Source of the DNA: Malacoraja senta
Taxonomy: Eukaryota
Length of the DNA: 64,000 bases
Direction: 5' to 3'
NCBI GenBank assembly: GCA_038087875.1
Contig: CM075998.1
Coordinates: forward strand, 5,642,001 to 5,706,000
Shown here in pieces: positions 1 to 11,199 of this stretch. A program made the translations under genes and the position numbers. How positions within the stretch are numbered: position 1 is the first letter of the stretch; the number at the start of each line of letters is the position of its first letter. The notes beneath the pieces are model-generated. The model was not told the DNA's origin. It saw only the letters and a list, made by a program, of their open reading frames with translations, and searched no databases.

Positions 1-59
1 GGTCATAAATGTTCCTAAAACTTACATAATGATCCCTTGTTATTTGATCCAAAGGTACT

Positions 60-1000
60 TTCTCCATATTCCATGTACCTCCACAGCTGAAAATACTTAT
101 AAGTATGACCTCAACTTAGAGCACTACCATTAGTGTGTAGCATAATGGAAGGTGTTTAGCCAGAATCTCTCTGGAGGCATTTGAGACACTCCTGATTCAT
201 TAATATTCCAGTAATAACTGTAACTGGCAAATACATGGCCTGGCAAACTTACCATAAATTGTATTATCCATCCTCTATCCATGCTTACTATAAACTTTGA
301 TAATGCCGCAATCTAAATTCTATAGCTAAAAATAAGCAAAATTTGTAAAATAGGCTTGTTTCCTGCCTAATTGAAGGTTGGTGCTCTATAATGAGCTTAA
401 TACCACTTCCAATTAAATGCCTAATTAAGGATTAGTGCTCTATATTGACCTTTATACAATGGTTGATGCTCTATAATGAGCTACATACAACTTCCACTTA
501 AATGCAGCCTTAATCCTGCAATCGTATCACGAGCATGTGTTCTCATTTAATAATGGAACCCAAATAATCAATAACTGTGTTTGGAAACTGTTTTGATGGT
601 TAACAAATCTCCAAAGTGAGCCTTATTCTAACACTCGTGGTTCTGTTGTAGTCCGAATGTTTCCTACAATCAGAATATGGCAATAGACCATTACCAAATG
701 GCCCTGAGTTCTTAGTAAAGCTAATATTAAATCCAACAACCTGTCAAATAGTCTCAAGGCTGAGACTAAACATTAATACAATGCTTTAAATTGCCATAAT
801 TGGCTTATCCAGATAAAATAGAAAAATCTATTATACCATACACAGTCACATAGTAAAATGCTTATTTGTGAAATTGGCTGCATAACATTAACAAATGTTA
901 TCCACTGTTTATACTGTACAAAATAGAGTTAAAATTCTGTCAGATCTAGAATAAATCTACACCCACCATCCTTATTTGCTCTCATAACATATTTGGCATT
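60..1000 (-). pseudogene. Decayed DIRS reverse transcriptase/RNase H
   Basis: RT and RNase H motifs survive only as short islands separated by stops and frameshifts; not captured by the ORF track. Confidence 0.75.
360..512. repeat. Short tandem duplication inside DIRS pol
   Basis: GGTTG(G/A)TGCTCTATAATGAGCT...ACTTCCA(A/C)TTAAATGC at ~376 and ~461, with a partial copy at ~432. Confidence 0.7.
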
Positions 1001-1989
1001 AATTGATGGCAATGGTGAACTGACTTCTTAATCATCTCTTTCCCACAATATTTCATGTTTTGTCTGAATCTACATATTCTCTTATTTTGAGAAAATATGT
1101 GTCTGGTTTCAAATACCTTAGTTAGAGAAACCAAATATTGGTAGAACTACATTCTAAACCCCACAATACTGTACAGTATAATATTAATTTGCCATTTTTA
1201 GCAAGAAATGTAATCTTCCCCAACTTATAAGTGTAAAACATTTAATATGTTTCTTACAGAACCAGACCTCCTCCTCATGGTTTGCTTATGGCAATTGTTA
1301 TCCCCTGATCTTAGTGGAATATTATAACTTCCACATAACTCAGGAGGAATGCGCCTATAACGCACATATGGGAAAGACAGAATTGATACTTTACTATCCC
1401 CAGTCACCACATATTGGTAGGGAAAACTGCCTTAATTTTATCTGTTAATCACACAGGATCATACCTTTTTTGGCTAGATCTTTCTAAAAACAGATTAATA
1501 GACAATTTAAATATTAGATGGTGTACAGAGCCCCCAAACTTAGGGTATATATTAGGTTTTATAGCACTTTTATAAAACAATTATTTGAAAGTGCGCACTA
1601 CTACATGAGTGCTAATTCAACCTTGTTGTGATATAATCACATGCTCTCCATCCAACCTTTGGTCAAAAAAGCCTTAACGCCTGACCAGTAATTTCAATAC
1701 CCTCTCCCCCGCTGAGACTTGCTTATCATGCTCAATACTGCGGGTTTATTTATGTAGACAGCTCATACCTGGTTAGAACCTGGAGCTGCTGGGAGAGTAA
1801 GTATTATATTGACATGGTTTATTTATCTCCCAATGGTTCCCTCATCTTTTTGGAACCACAACTTTAATATATTGTGCCAACTCTGGTCCTTTGGCTCTGT
1901 ATTGGACCCTAGGCCTCATATGATCCGTTTACTTGAATCTTCGTATGAACTAAACCTCCTCATGGAGGGGCGAATTTACATCCTGCTTC

Positions 1990-2575
1990 AGGTATCTCTA
2001 GCGCTGGCTCTCCCATAGGCCTACGCATAACAACCCTTCCAGTTGCTCTCCATGCGGGCACTCCTGTAGGCCCATCATAGGCAGCCCTCTTTCAGGTGCT
2101 GCTGGCGCTGGCTCACCTGTAGACCAACGCTAACTCCCAGATATAGTTGGCGCTGGCTCTCCTGTAGACCAACGTACCTTAACCAACCATTTGCTCACAC
2201 TGGCTCACCTGTAGGCCAGCGCTGAACCGGATTTTCTCAAATATTTCCTATGCTGGCTCTCCCTTTAGGCCAACATTGAGCCGGACCTTATAAAGCACTC
2301 CATGCGCTGGCTCTCCTCTAGGCCAACGCTAAACCTGGACCTCCACCAGGCACCCCTGCACTGGCCCTGTAGGGACAATGTTAAAACAGACCTTCCCTAG
2401 GCACTTCATATGCTGGCTCTACTTTAGACCAAATAGTTAACCTGGACATTCCCCAGACATTCCCTGCATTGCCCTGCAACTAGGTTTTTAAATATAACAA
2501 ACTAGTGACCTGACCCAGGCATTCCCTGCATTGCCTTGTAACTAGGTTTTAAATATAACCAACTAGTTACCTGAA
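1990..2575. repeat. Degenerate minisatellite (~55-60 bp unit) in the DIRS 5' region
   Basis: Recurrent GCTGGCTCTCCTGTAGGCCAAC core; the last two units are CATTCCCTGCATTGCC...ACTAGGTTTT...AACTAGT. Confidence 0.85.
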
Positions 2576-3585
2576 AGGGAATCTCCGGTCTGACTTTTTT
2601 AACGGCAACCTCTTATCTATGCGATCTAAATAGCGCTAAACGGCAGCCGTTAAAATTTTTTTTAAAATTTTTTTTTTTTTAAAAGGGCACCCGCTACTCA
2701 CAGACCCACGGTCTGTCTGAGCACTCTGCGGTACACCTCCACAATTTTCTTTATTAATACTTGTATTTTATTACTACAAGTCTTTTAAATCGCCTGAAAA
2801 CTGTAAGTAAAAACTTACCTTCAGGTTTTTTACTTACCGGTTTGGTGGAGCTCTGCTCGCTCCAAACATCGGCACTCTCGCTATGCGTCTGTACGATATG
2901 ACGCGTGTGCGGCTGGACGGGCTCTTCTTCACGTAGTCACTCACGTGACTCCGAAGTAAAATTGCCTCCTTCATGCAGGTATAAGATAGCTCTCAGCACC
3001 TAGTCTTTCCTCCAGTCTTTCCATCACCTTTGGAAACTTTTATTGCTGTTTATCAACATGAGGACCAAAGTTGTACCAATGAAAGTCAAAGAAGCCATTA
3101 TGAGACTGAGAAACAAGAATAAAACAGTTAGAGACATCAGCCAAACCTTAGGCTTACCAAAATCAACTGTTTGGAACATCATTAAGAAGAAAGAGAGCAT
3201 TGGTGAGCTTACTAATCGCAAAGGGACTGGCAGTCCAAGGAAGACCTCCACAGCTGATGACAGAAGAATTCTCTCTATAATAAAGAAAACCCCACAAACA
3301 CCTGTCCGACACATCAGAAACACTCTTCAGGAGTCAGGTGTGGATTTGTCAATGACCACTGTCCGCAGAAGACTTCATGAACAGAAATACAGAGGCTACA
3401 CTGCAAGATGCAAACCACTGCTTAGCTGCAAAAATAGGATGGGCGGGTTACAGTTTGCCAAGAAGTACTTAAAAGAGCAACTACAGTTCTGGAAAAAGGT
3501 CTTGTGGACAGATGAGATAAAGATGAACTTATATTAGAGTGATGGCAAGAGCAAAGTATGGAGGAGAGAAGGAACTGCCCAAGAT

Positions 3586-4424
3586 TGAATTGAATTGAAT
3601 TGAATTAGACTTTATTAATCCCCTTATTCAGGGGAAATTCAGAAGTCCTTGCAGCACACTAATAAAATACAACATAGTATTAAAAAGAAGTTCAACACCA
3701 AAACATCCCCCCACAGTGGTCCCCACTGTGGGGGAAGGCACAAAGTCCAGTCCCCATCCTCTTGTCCACCCAGAGTCGGGCCTATTGAGGCCTCCACAGT
3801 TGCCGCCACGGCGCCCGATGTTCTCGCCGGGTGATGGTACTCCGGCATCGGGAGAACCCCCAGCGGCTAGGGGTACCAGGAACGGCCGCATTCCCACCGG
3901 AGACCGCGGCTTCCAAGCCAACAGACCGCGCCGGACGGAGCCCCACACACTGGCGATCTCAGCAAGAGATCCCAGGCTCCGGGATGTACCGTTCAGCGTC
4001 GCAGCTGGCCGCTCCACAGAACCGCTGCTCCACGATGTTCTCATCGGCGGTCCCAGTATACTGGAGTTCCAGCGCGGCGACCCAGGAAAGGCATCGCCCG
4101 CTCCACGACAGCGCTCCAGCGCTGCACCGCCGCCAAAGCCGATGTTCTGCGCCGCCACCAAAGCCGATGTTCTGGCCAGGTCCCCTCAGGGAAACGTCGC
4201 TCCAGGACCCGCTGGTAGGCTGCAAGGACAGGTCGAAGGCGCTGCTCGGAGGAAGGCAACCCCTCCGACCAGGTAGGGACTCGAAAAGCAGTTTCCCCCT
4301 TCCCCCACCACCCCCCACACATAAAAAGATTAGGCCCCCTGACTACACACTCAACATACTAAAAATAATAAAAAAAGAAGGGAAAAAAACGGACAGCTGC
4401 AGGACAGGCAGCCGTTCTGGACAG
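3586..4424 (-). mobile_element. ORF-less GC-rich non-autonomous retroposon with Rex1/Babar-like 3' tail, inserted in Tc1
   Basis: Splits the Tc1 AQD|PKHTT codons. Minus-strand 3' end GAATTTCCCCTGAATAAGGGGATTAATAAAGTCT(AATTC)n. Shares motif blocks with 37181-38208. Confidence 0.75.
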
Positions 4425-4652
4425 AAAGCATACCACCTCATCTGTGAAACACGGTGGTGGGGTTGTTATCGCCTGGGCTTGTATGGGTGCTGAAGGTACT
4501 GGCTCACTTATCTTCATTGAAGACACAACTGCTGATGGTAGTAGCATAATGAATTCTGAAGTGTATAGACACATCCTATCTGCTCAAGTTCAAACAAATG
4601 CCTCAAAACTCATTGGCTGGGCGGTTCATTCTACAGCAAGACAATGATCCCA

Positions 4653-4685
4653 GTCTGAAGAAGGGTTTCGGCCCGAAACGTTACC
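4653..4685 (+). ncRNA. Minimal type I hammerhead-ribozyme-like motif
   Basis: CTGAAGA (4655-4661), stem II GGGT-TTCG-GCCC, GAAAC (4675-4679), then GTT; palindromic ACGT stem III; stem I only ~2 bp. Confidence 0.6.
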
Positions 4686-4746
4686 TATTTCCTTCGCTCC
4701 ATAGATGCTGCTGCACCCGCTGAGTTTCTCCAGCATTTTTGTGTAC
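4653..4746 (+). mobile_element. 94-bp Penelope-like terminal mini-unit with 11-bp TSD
   Basis: CAATGATCCCA duplicated at 4642-4652 and 4747-4757; body matches the PLE terminal repeat seen next to the GIY-YIG remnant at 27836-28275. Confidence 0.9.
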
Positions 4747-5359
4747 CAATGATCCCAAACATACTGCTAAAGCAACAAAGGAGTTTTTCAAAGCTTAAAA
4801 ATTGTCAATTCTTGAGTGGCCAAGTCAATCAACCAATCTGAACCCAATTGAGCATGCCTTTTATATGCTGAAGAGAAAACTGAAGGGGACTAGCCCCCAA
4901 AACAAGCATAAGCTAAAAATGGCTGCAATACAGGCCTGGCAGAGCATCACCAGAGAAGACACCCAGCAACTGGTGATGTCCATGAAGCGCAGATTTCAAG
5001 CAGTCATTGCGTGCAAAGGATATGCAACAAAATACTAAACATGACTACTTTCATTTACATGTCATTGCTGTGTCCCAAACATTATGGTGCCCTGAAATGG
5101 GGGGACTATGTATAAACACTGCTGTAATTTCTACATGGTGAAACCAAAATGTATAAAAATACCCTTTATTAAAATCTGACAATGTGCACTTTAACCACAT
5201 GTGATTTTTTCTATTACAAATCTCAAATTGTGGAGTACAGAGACAAATAAATAAATGACGGGTCTTTGTCCCAAACATTATGGAGGTCACTGTACGTGTA
5301 CCCAGTAAATAAGAAACTGGCTGAAGGTATAAAACATTGGGGAAAAGTGGAGAAATGAG

Positions 5360-5515
5360 TTGTGTAGGAAGGAACTGCAGATGCTGGTTTACACCGAAGA
5401 TAGACACAAAAAGCTGGAATAACTCAGCGGGACCGACAGCATCTCGTCACCCATTCCTCCTCTCCAGAGATGCTGCCGGACCCGCTGAGTTACTCCAGCT
5501 TTTTGTGGCCATCTT
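5360..5515. mobile_element. PLE terminal-repeat fold-back unit
   Basis: Inverted arms: CACAAAAAGCTGG..TAACTCAGCGGG versus CCCGCTGAGTTACTCCAGCTTTTTGTG. Confidence 0.8.
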
Positions 5516-5772
5516 TCTGTAGAAATTAGTCTTTGGGTTGCTAGAACAGAACATATAGAAGAGTGCAGGCCACTCTTATGCTCTCAATTTAACATTTGAC
5601 TCCAGATAAAATGAAAACAAAGATCAGAATGATGGCCAACAGCCAAGCACTCATTTAGCAATGAAGACCAAAAGCAAATTTTGACCTGTGGCATTCGCTG
5701 GTGAGTTTATGTCAGGCTCATTGAATATTTGAACCATGACTTTGACTGTGCACATATGCATCAATGACTTAA

Positions 5773-6162
5773 TGTGTAGGAAGGTGCTGCAGATGTTGGT
5801 TTAAACCAAAGACAGACACAAAATGCTGGAGTAACTCAGCGGGACAGGCAGCATCTCTGGAGAGAAGGAATGGGTGACGTTTCAGGCCGAGACCCTTTTC
5901 AAACTGAGAGTCAGGGGAAAGGGAAACGAGAGATATAGACGGTGATGTGGAGAGATATAGAACAAATGAATGAAAGATATGCAAAAAAGTAACGATGATA
6001 AAGGAAACAGGCCATTGTTAGCTGTTTGCTAGGTGAGAACGAGAAGCTGATGTGAATTGGGTGGGGGAGGGATGGAGAGAAGGGAATGCAGGGGTTACTT
6101 GGGGTTAGAGAAATCAATATTCATACCCCTGGGTTGTAATCCCTGCATCCCTTCTCTCCCAG
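5773..6162 (-). mobile_element. Penelope-like element 3' fragment
   Basis: Terminal repeat plus 3' UTR homologous to 20640-20858, ending in the GIY-YIG tail (GMNIDFSN). Confidence 0.85.
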
Positions 6163-6405
6163 GTGGTGCCTTTATCTGGAAATAACATGCATGTATAAAT
6201 ATTGACAACAGGATTTGGCATTTATCTGACTTTCACCTTTTCTGCTTACACAAAAAGGAGTTATCATAAGATAATTGATTCTGAGAAATTGGAGGCCAGT
6301 TTGTGAAGGGGAGAGAGTTGAATTCCGCTCCTGATTTGAAAGCAAAGGCTGTCGCTCCATACAGAATTCAGGAACAGAAACATCTTTCTAAACTCCCTCT
6401 TATAT

Positions 6406-6682
6406 GTTTAGGAAGGAACTGCAGATGCTGGTTTAAACTGAAGATAGACACAAAATGCTGGAGTAACTCAGCGGGACAGGCAGCATCTCTGGAGAACATG
6501 GATAGGTGATGTTTCACAGAGTGCTGGAGTAACTCAGCGGGTCAGGCAGCATCTGTGGAGAACATGGATAGGTGATGTTTCACAGAGTGCTGGAGTAACT
6601 CAGCGGGTCAGGCAGCATCTGTGGAGAACATGGTTAGGTGATGTTTCAGGTCGAGACGTCCCAAAACGTCACCTATTCCTTT
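6406..6682 (-). mobile_element. PLE terminal repeat in tandem array (3 units of ~66 bp)
   Basis: TGCTGGAGTAACTCAGCGGG...GAGAACATGG(A/T)TAGGTGATGTTTCA repeated three times. Confidence 0.85.
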
Positions 6683-6964
6683 TATATCCTTTTATCTTCC
6701 CTCTTACATGTTGTTTTGTGCTTTGTAATTAAATTATTATAGTATGATAGAAATGGTTCAACGCTAAATTCCATTCAGGGAAAACAATGCTTCTGCCAAG
6801 TCTTGCAAAGAGCTCTGTGGTAAAAGGAGTTGAATCAATTGTTCCATTACATCCTCAAACATACGTTTTATCACTCTAGAAAGAACAGAATGGGGTGGAG
6901 GAAGTATTTGAAGCCAACAGTTCAAGGCATTCAATCCTCAACATCAAAAGAACGGTGAAGTTCA

Positions 6965-7485
6965 ACTCAGTTCAGTTCAGTTTAATTTATTGTCACGTGT
7001 GCCGAGGTACAGTGAAAAGCTTTTGTTGCGTGCTAACCAGTCAGCGGGAAGGCAATACATGATTACAATCGAGCCAGTCACAGTGTATAGATACATGATA
7101 GGGGAATAACGTTTAGTGCAAGGTAAAGCCAACAAAGTCCGATCAAGGATAGTCCGAGGGTCACCAATGAGGTAGATAGTAGTTCAGCACTGCTCTCTAG
7201 TTGTTGGTAGGATGATTCAGTTGCCTGATAACAGCTGGGAAGAAACTGTCCCTGAATCTGGAGGTGTGCATTTTCACAATTCTACACCTTTTGCCTGATG
7301 GGAGAGGGGAGAAGAGGGAGTAGGAGCCGAGGTGAGACTGGTCCTTGATTATGCTGCTGGCCTTGCAAAGGCAGTTTGAGGTATAAATGGAGTCAATGGA
7401 AGGGAGCTTGGTTTGTGTGATGGGCTGGGCTGGGCTGTGTCCACAATTCGCTGCACTTTCTTGTGGTCTTGGATGGGGCTGTCCC
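6965..7485 (-). mobile_element. Rex1/Babar-type LINE 3' fragment
   Basis: Minus-strand tail AAAAGCTTTTCACTGTACCTCGGCACACGTGACAATAAA followed by (ACTGA)n; RT C-terminal remnant (DSFFPAVIR). Confidence 0.75.
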
Positions 7486-7802
7486 CAGGACTATCTTTCT
7501 CATTTGCTTTGGGTGAGGAGAAGGTGATAAAAGTGAAGGAAATCGGAGGGAGGAAGCAAATAAACAGTTGGTGAGGAAAATTCTGTCTACGTATAGGAAC
7601 CGAGCAGCAGTAATAGTTGATGCAGAAAACAATGGACCTCCTGAGAGAGTTTGAGGGATCTGGATATAAATGGTCAAGGCGTTAAGTTTATATACTGGAC
7701 TGTTTTGTTAAATGCAGATTAGAAATATGGCCAGACAGATGGTGTTTGAAAAGGATTTTAGATTTCCCAGATATGGGGGTTCATTGTGAAGCAAGAAGAT
7801 CG

Positions 7803-8240
7803 AGTCATAGAGAGTCAGATGGCATGGAAACATCACCCAACTTGCCCATGCCAACCAAGATGTCCCTTCTACACTAGTCCCACCATGTTTGGCACATATC
7901 CCTCTAAACCTTTCCTATCCATGTACCTGTCCAAATGTCTATAGTACCTGCCTTAACTACCTCCTCCTCCTCCTCCTCCTCGTTCCATATACCCACCGCC
8001 CTCGGTGTGAAAAAGATGCCCCTCAGGTTCCTATTAAATCTTTTCCCCCTCACCTTAGACTTATGTCCTCTGGTTCTTGATTCCCCTAATCTGGGTAATG
8101 GATTGTGCATATACCCTATCCAGTCCACTCATGATCTTATAAACCTCTGTAAGATCACCCCTCATCCTCCTGCGCTCCTAGGAATTAAGTCCTAGCCAGC
8201 CCAACATCTCCCTCAGGTCCGGCCAACATCCTAGTAAAAG
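7803..8240 (-). mobile_element. CR1-type LINE 3' fragment
   Basis: ORF 7904-8128 contains SRTRGH..KVRGKRFNRNLRG.FFT.R.VG.WN. Confidence 0.85.
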
Positions 8241-9092
8241 ATGGTCCGTTAATGGGATCTGTTTTATCTAAACTGGACTGTTTTTAGATTCTTACAGTAT
8301 AGAAGGCAATTAAACTTCCTTGAAAGCCGTGAAAAGATGAGTTTTATCAAAAAAAGTAAGGAATTTAATAGCATAATGATCAATAAGAAATCTGCGCATG
8401 ATTTCAATGTTGTTGGATTAAATTTCCAATGTATGCTTGAGCATTTTGGACGATATATTAAAGAAAGAATTATCTGCTCTCTCAGGTTGGTATGAAAGAT
8501 CAAAAGTTCCTAAGTTATTCTAATATTTTGGAAAATAGTTAGTTTGTCCCTCAACTAATACCAGTAAAAGAAATCATCGGGTCTTTGCCTGAACCTGCTT
8601 GTGGGACTTTGTATAAATTGGATGTCTTATTTCCTACAAAAGTGATGAAATTATAAAAAATTCTTCGTTCACGGTGCTTCAGGGCTCCCTGAGATTGTGA
8701 AAATACAAATCTTTCTTTCTGACAATATTTGGCAGTGGGCAAAATGTGTCAAATTAAATTTAATGTGGATAAATGCAGAACCTTTCCCACTAGAATAAAA
8801 ATAGAAGTCATTCATAATTAATATTGCTGAACTATGTAAAAGATGCAATACAGTAAGTTATTTGGCAAAATTAGTCCATGTTGATGTTTACTTTCCATTT
8901 AAGCAGGTAGCCGTAAACAGCCGTCCACTCAATCTCTGCATCCCCATCTACCCAATCTTGAATGTCAAGTTTTGCCTTAATCACCGCCGTGAGGTGAATT
9001 TCACAGCTTCAAAATTCTCTCTCACCCTCAATCCTAACTACTTCACTTACTCCAAGCAAGCCTCCAAGGTACCATTCATAAGTCTCAAATAG

Positions 9093-9380
9093 CTTAGTTT
9101 AGTTTTGAGATACAGAGTGGAAACAGGCCCTTCGGCCCATCGAGTCCGCACCGCCCAGCAATCCCCGCACATTAACACAAGCCTACACACATATGGGGCA
9201 ATTTACACTTACACCAAGTATACAAACACAAGCCAATTAACCTACAAACCTGCATGTCTTTGGAGTGTGGGATGAAACCGAAGATCTCGGAGAAAACCCA
9301 CGCATGTCACGGGGAGAACGTGCAAACTCCATACAGACAGTGCCCGTAGCCAGGATCGAACCTGGGACTCCAGCGCTGTC
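9093..9380 (-). mobile_element. HE1-type V-SINE
   Basis: tRNA-like B box, V-domain core and CR1-like tail GGGCCGAAGGGCCTGTTTCC. Confidence 0.9.
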
Positions 9381-9852
9381 CATGCCTCCCTATTTAGCCT
9401 ACCTATCTCTAGACTGGAATGAATTAGAAGTAGAGATAGATAGGTACCCAACAGCACAGGGGAGTAAGATAACCGGGGGAAACAGGAATGCAGAGGAGGT
9501 TACGGTCAAGTAGACCATGATCTTATTAAGTTTCAGAGCAGGCCTGAACGACTGAGTGCCATCCTCCTGCTCCTAATTCTTCTGGCCATTAGCCACTGGG
9601 GAGTGATCCAAGTAAAGTAATCCAGTTGTCTTCCAATATCACTGCAAAGTAACAATTAAAGTAAACATAATGTTGAGCTATGTTGCCAAATGCTGAGACA
9701 ATCATGGTCGCACCACACCTTTCAAGCTGCAGAGAAAACAAAAGAAGCATCTAAGAATTGGGAACAGAGAACAGTTGCAGGGCTTGTGTTGGAGGACTGG
9801 TGCTGCAAGTAAGAGGAAACATCATGAAGGCACACAAAGATATTCAGCAACA

Positions 9853-10152
9853 GGCGGCATGGTGACGCAGTGGCAGAGTCGCTTACAGCGCCAAAGACCC
9901 GGCTTCAATCCCGACGACGGGTGTTGTTTGTACGGAGTTTGGACGTTCTCCTCGTGGGTTTTCTCCGGGTGCTCCGGTTTCCTCACACGCTCCAAAGACA
10001 TACAGGTTTGCACATTAATTGGCTTGGTATCAATGTAAAATTGTCCCTAGTGTGTTTAGGATAGTGTTAATGTGCAGGGATCGCTGGTCGGCACAGACTC
10101 GATGGGCCAAAGGGCCTGTTTCTGCGCTGATCTCTAAACTAAAACTAAACTA
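9853..10152 (+). mobile_element. HE1-type V-SINE
   Basis: Head, V-domain and (CTAAA)n tail. Confidence 0.9.
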
Positions 10153-11199
10153 AAGAATAGCTAATCTGGAATACTTTTTGAAGCAGAAAAGGGATAGGTG
10201 CTTACAGATAGAGGAAAGAGGAGCATATACGGTCCTGGTCCTAACTGGCATCTTGCTGGAAAGTGCGCTTGTGCAAGAGACTGGTGCGAAGGTCAGACAT
10301 AACTGTGATGTTGTGTAGCTGAATAGCCTGGGGCCACTCGCTAAACTTGCTTAGCAAAGTTCCTCAAGTGAGATGCTGTATGTACCCCAGAAACAGTCAG
10401 TACTTTCAGGAGAGGAGAAAATTCAGGCAAAAATAAAATGAAAGCCACGGCTCTGTATTTCTTTTCATTGTAAATTTTTGTGAAATCATATACAATAAGC
10501 ACCACTGTCTGTCCTGCCTCACGGTGCCTGGGACAATCCGATGTACTCTATTCCCATGAATGCTTTCACCAAATTTGCTGTAATGTCCAAACCAGATGTT
10601 TGTCACACAAGAACCAAGATTGCTAACATCATTTCACATTGGATAATTCAGCTCAAACAGCACAGAAGCCTTGTGTTCTGGCAACAATCAAACATTTAAA
10701 AAAAACATAGGAGTAATGCATAACTGTGAAGAATACAGTTCATTTCAATGCCAATTATTTTCCCCTTATTACAGTCATTCAACTGGATTCTAATACTCCA
10801 CATTCTTTCCAAATCTGCACCATGAGAGTTACAGATCATCTGCCAAAAAGACGGTAATCTCTATTCTAGAGGAGATTAATTTGTTCTAACTGAACCCATT
10901 TGAAGTTCTAGCTAAATTGAAAGAAGTGGAATATAAATTAAGATTAAGGGATCAGTGAAACACAATAAAAATAATTGTCTTTTGAAAGAGACCTTGCGCT
11001 AAGACCCTGCCTGTCCTCTCAGGATGGTGCATGGGATTCCATGCCACTATTTAAAGAAGAGCAGGCAAGTCGTCCCCAGTGCCCTGACCAATATTTATCC
11101 AACAAATCAACATCACTAAAACAGATTTTCTGGTCTATATCACATTATTTTAGTTTGTTGTTTTTGGGAACTTATATCAGCTGCCACAGTTCCTACATT

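Larger units (their letters stand above)
1..2962 (-). mobile_element. DIRS-type (tyrosine-recombinase class) retrotransposon, 5' part, heavily decayed coding region; continues left of the window
   Basis: Minus-strand remnants in DIRS pol order: KDGGCRFILDL (941-973), WQFKAL..L.SALRLF (~745-796), ALLRTQGHLVMVY.HILIVG (YLDD region, ~662-721), IDYLG (558-572), RNase H-like LHTNGSALS*G and CGGTW (71-140). CpG-rich terminus TTTTACTTCGGAGTCACGTGAGTGACTACGTGAAG (reverse complement of 2927-2961). The YR domain itself is not in the window. Confidence 0.8.
3058..5038 (+). pseudogene. Tc1 transposase, interrupted by two insertions, two stops and a frameshift
   Basis: Paired-like HTH (RDISQTLGLPKSTVWNII), KVLWTDE, KHGGG, QDNDPKH, EWPSQSTNLNPIEH with 34 residues between the second D and the E, C-terminal KGYATKY. 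Confidence 0.95.
2963..5292 (+). mobile_element. Tc1-family (DD34E) DNA transposon with IR/DR-type right end; left TIR not in window
   Basis: Transposase remnant. Right end ...GGTCACTG followed by TA (5293-5294). Direct repeat TGTCCCAAACATTATGG at ~5071 and ~5267. Confidence 0.95.

Noticed and set aside
3628-4493. Several overlapping 100-220 aa ORFs
   Set aside because: They are open on both strands because of high GC content and show no domain motifs; they lie in the non-coding retroposon.
6406-6682. CRISPR-like regular repeats
   Set aside because: Units are contiguous and near-identical with no unique spacers; PLE-derived and in a eukaryotic context.
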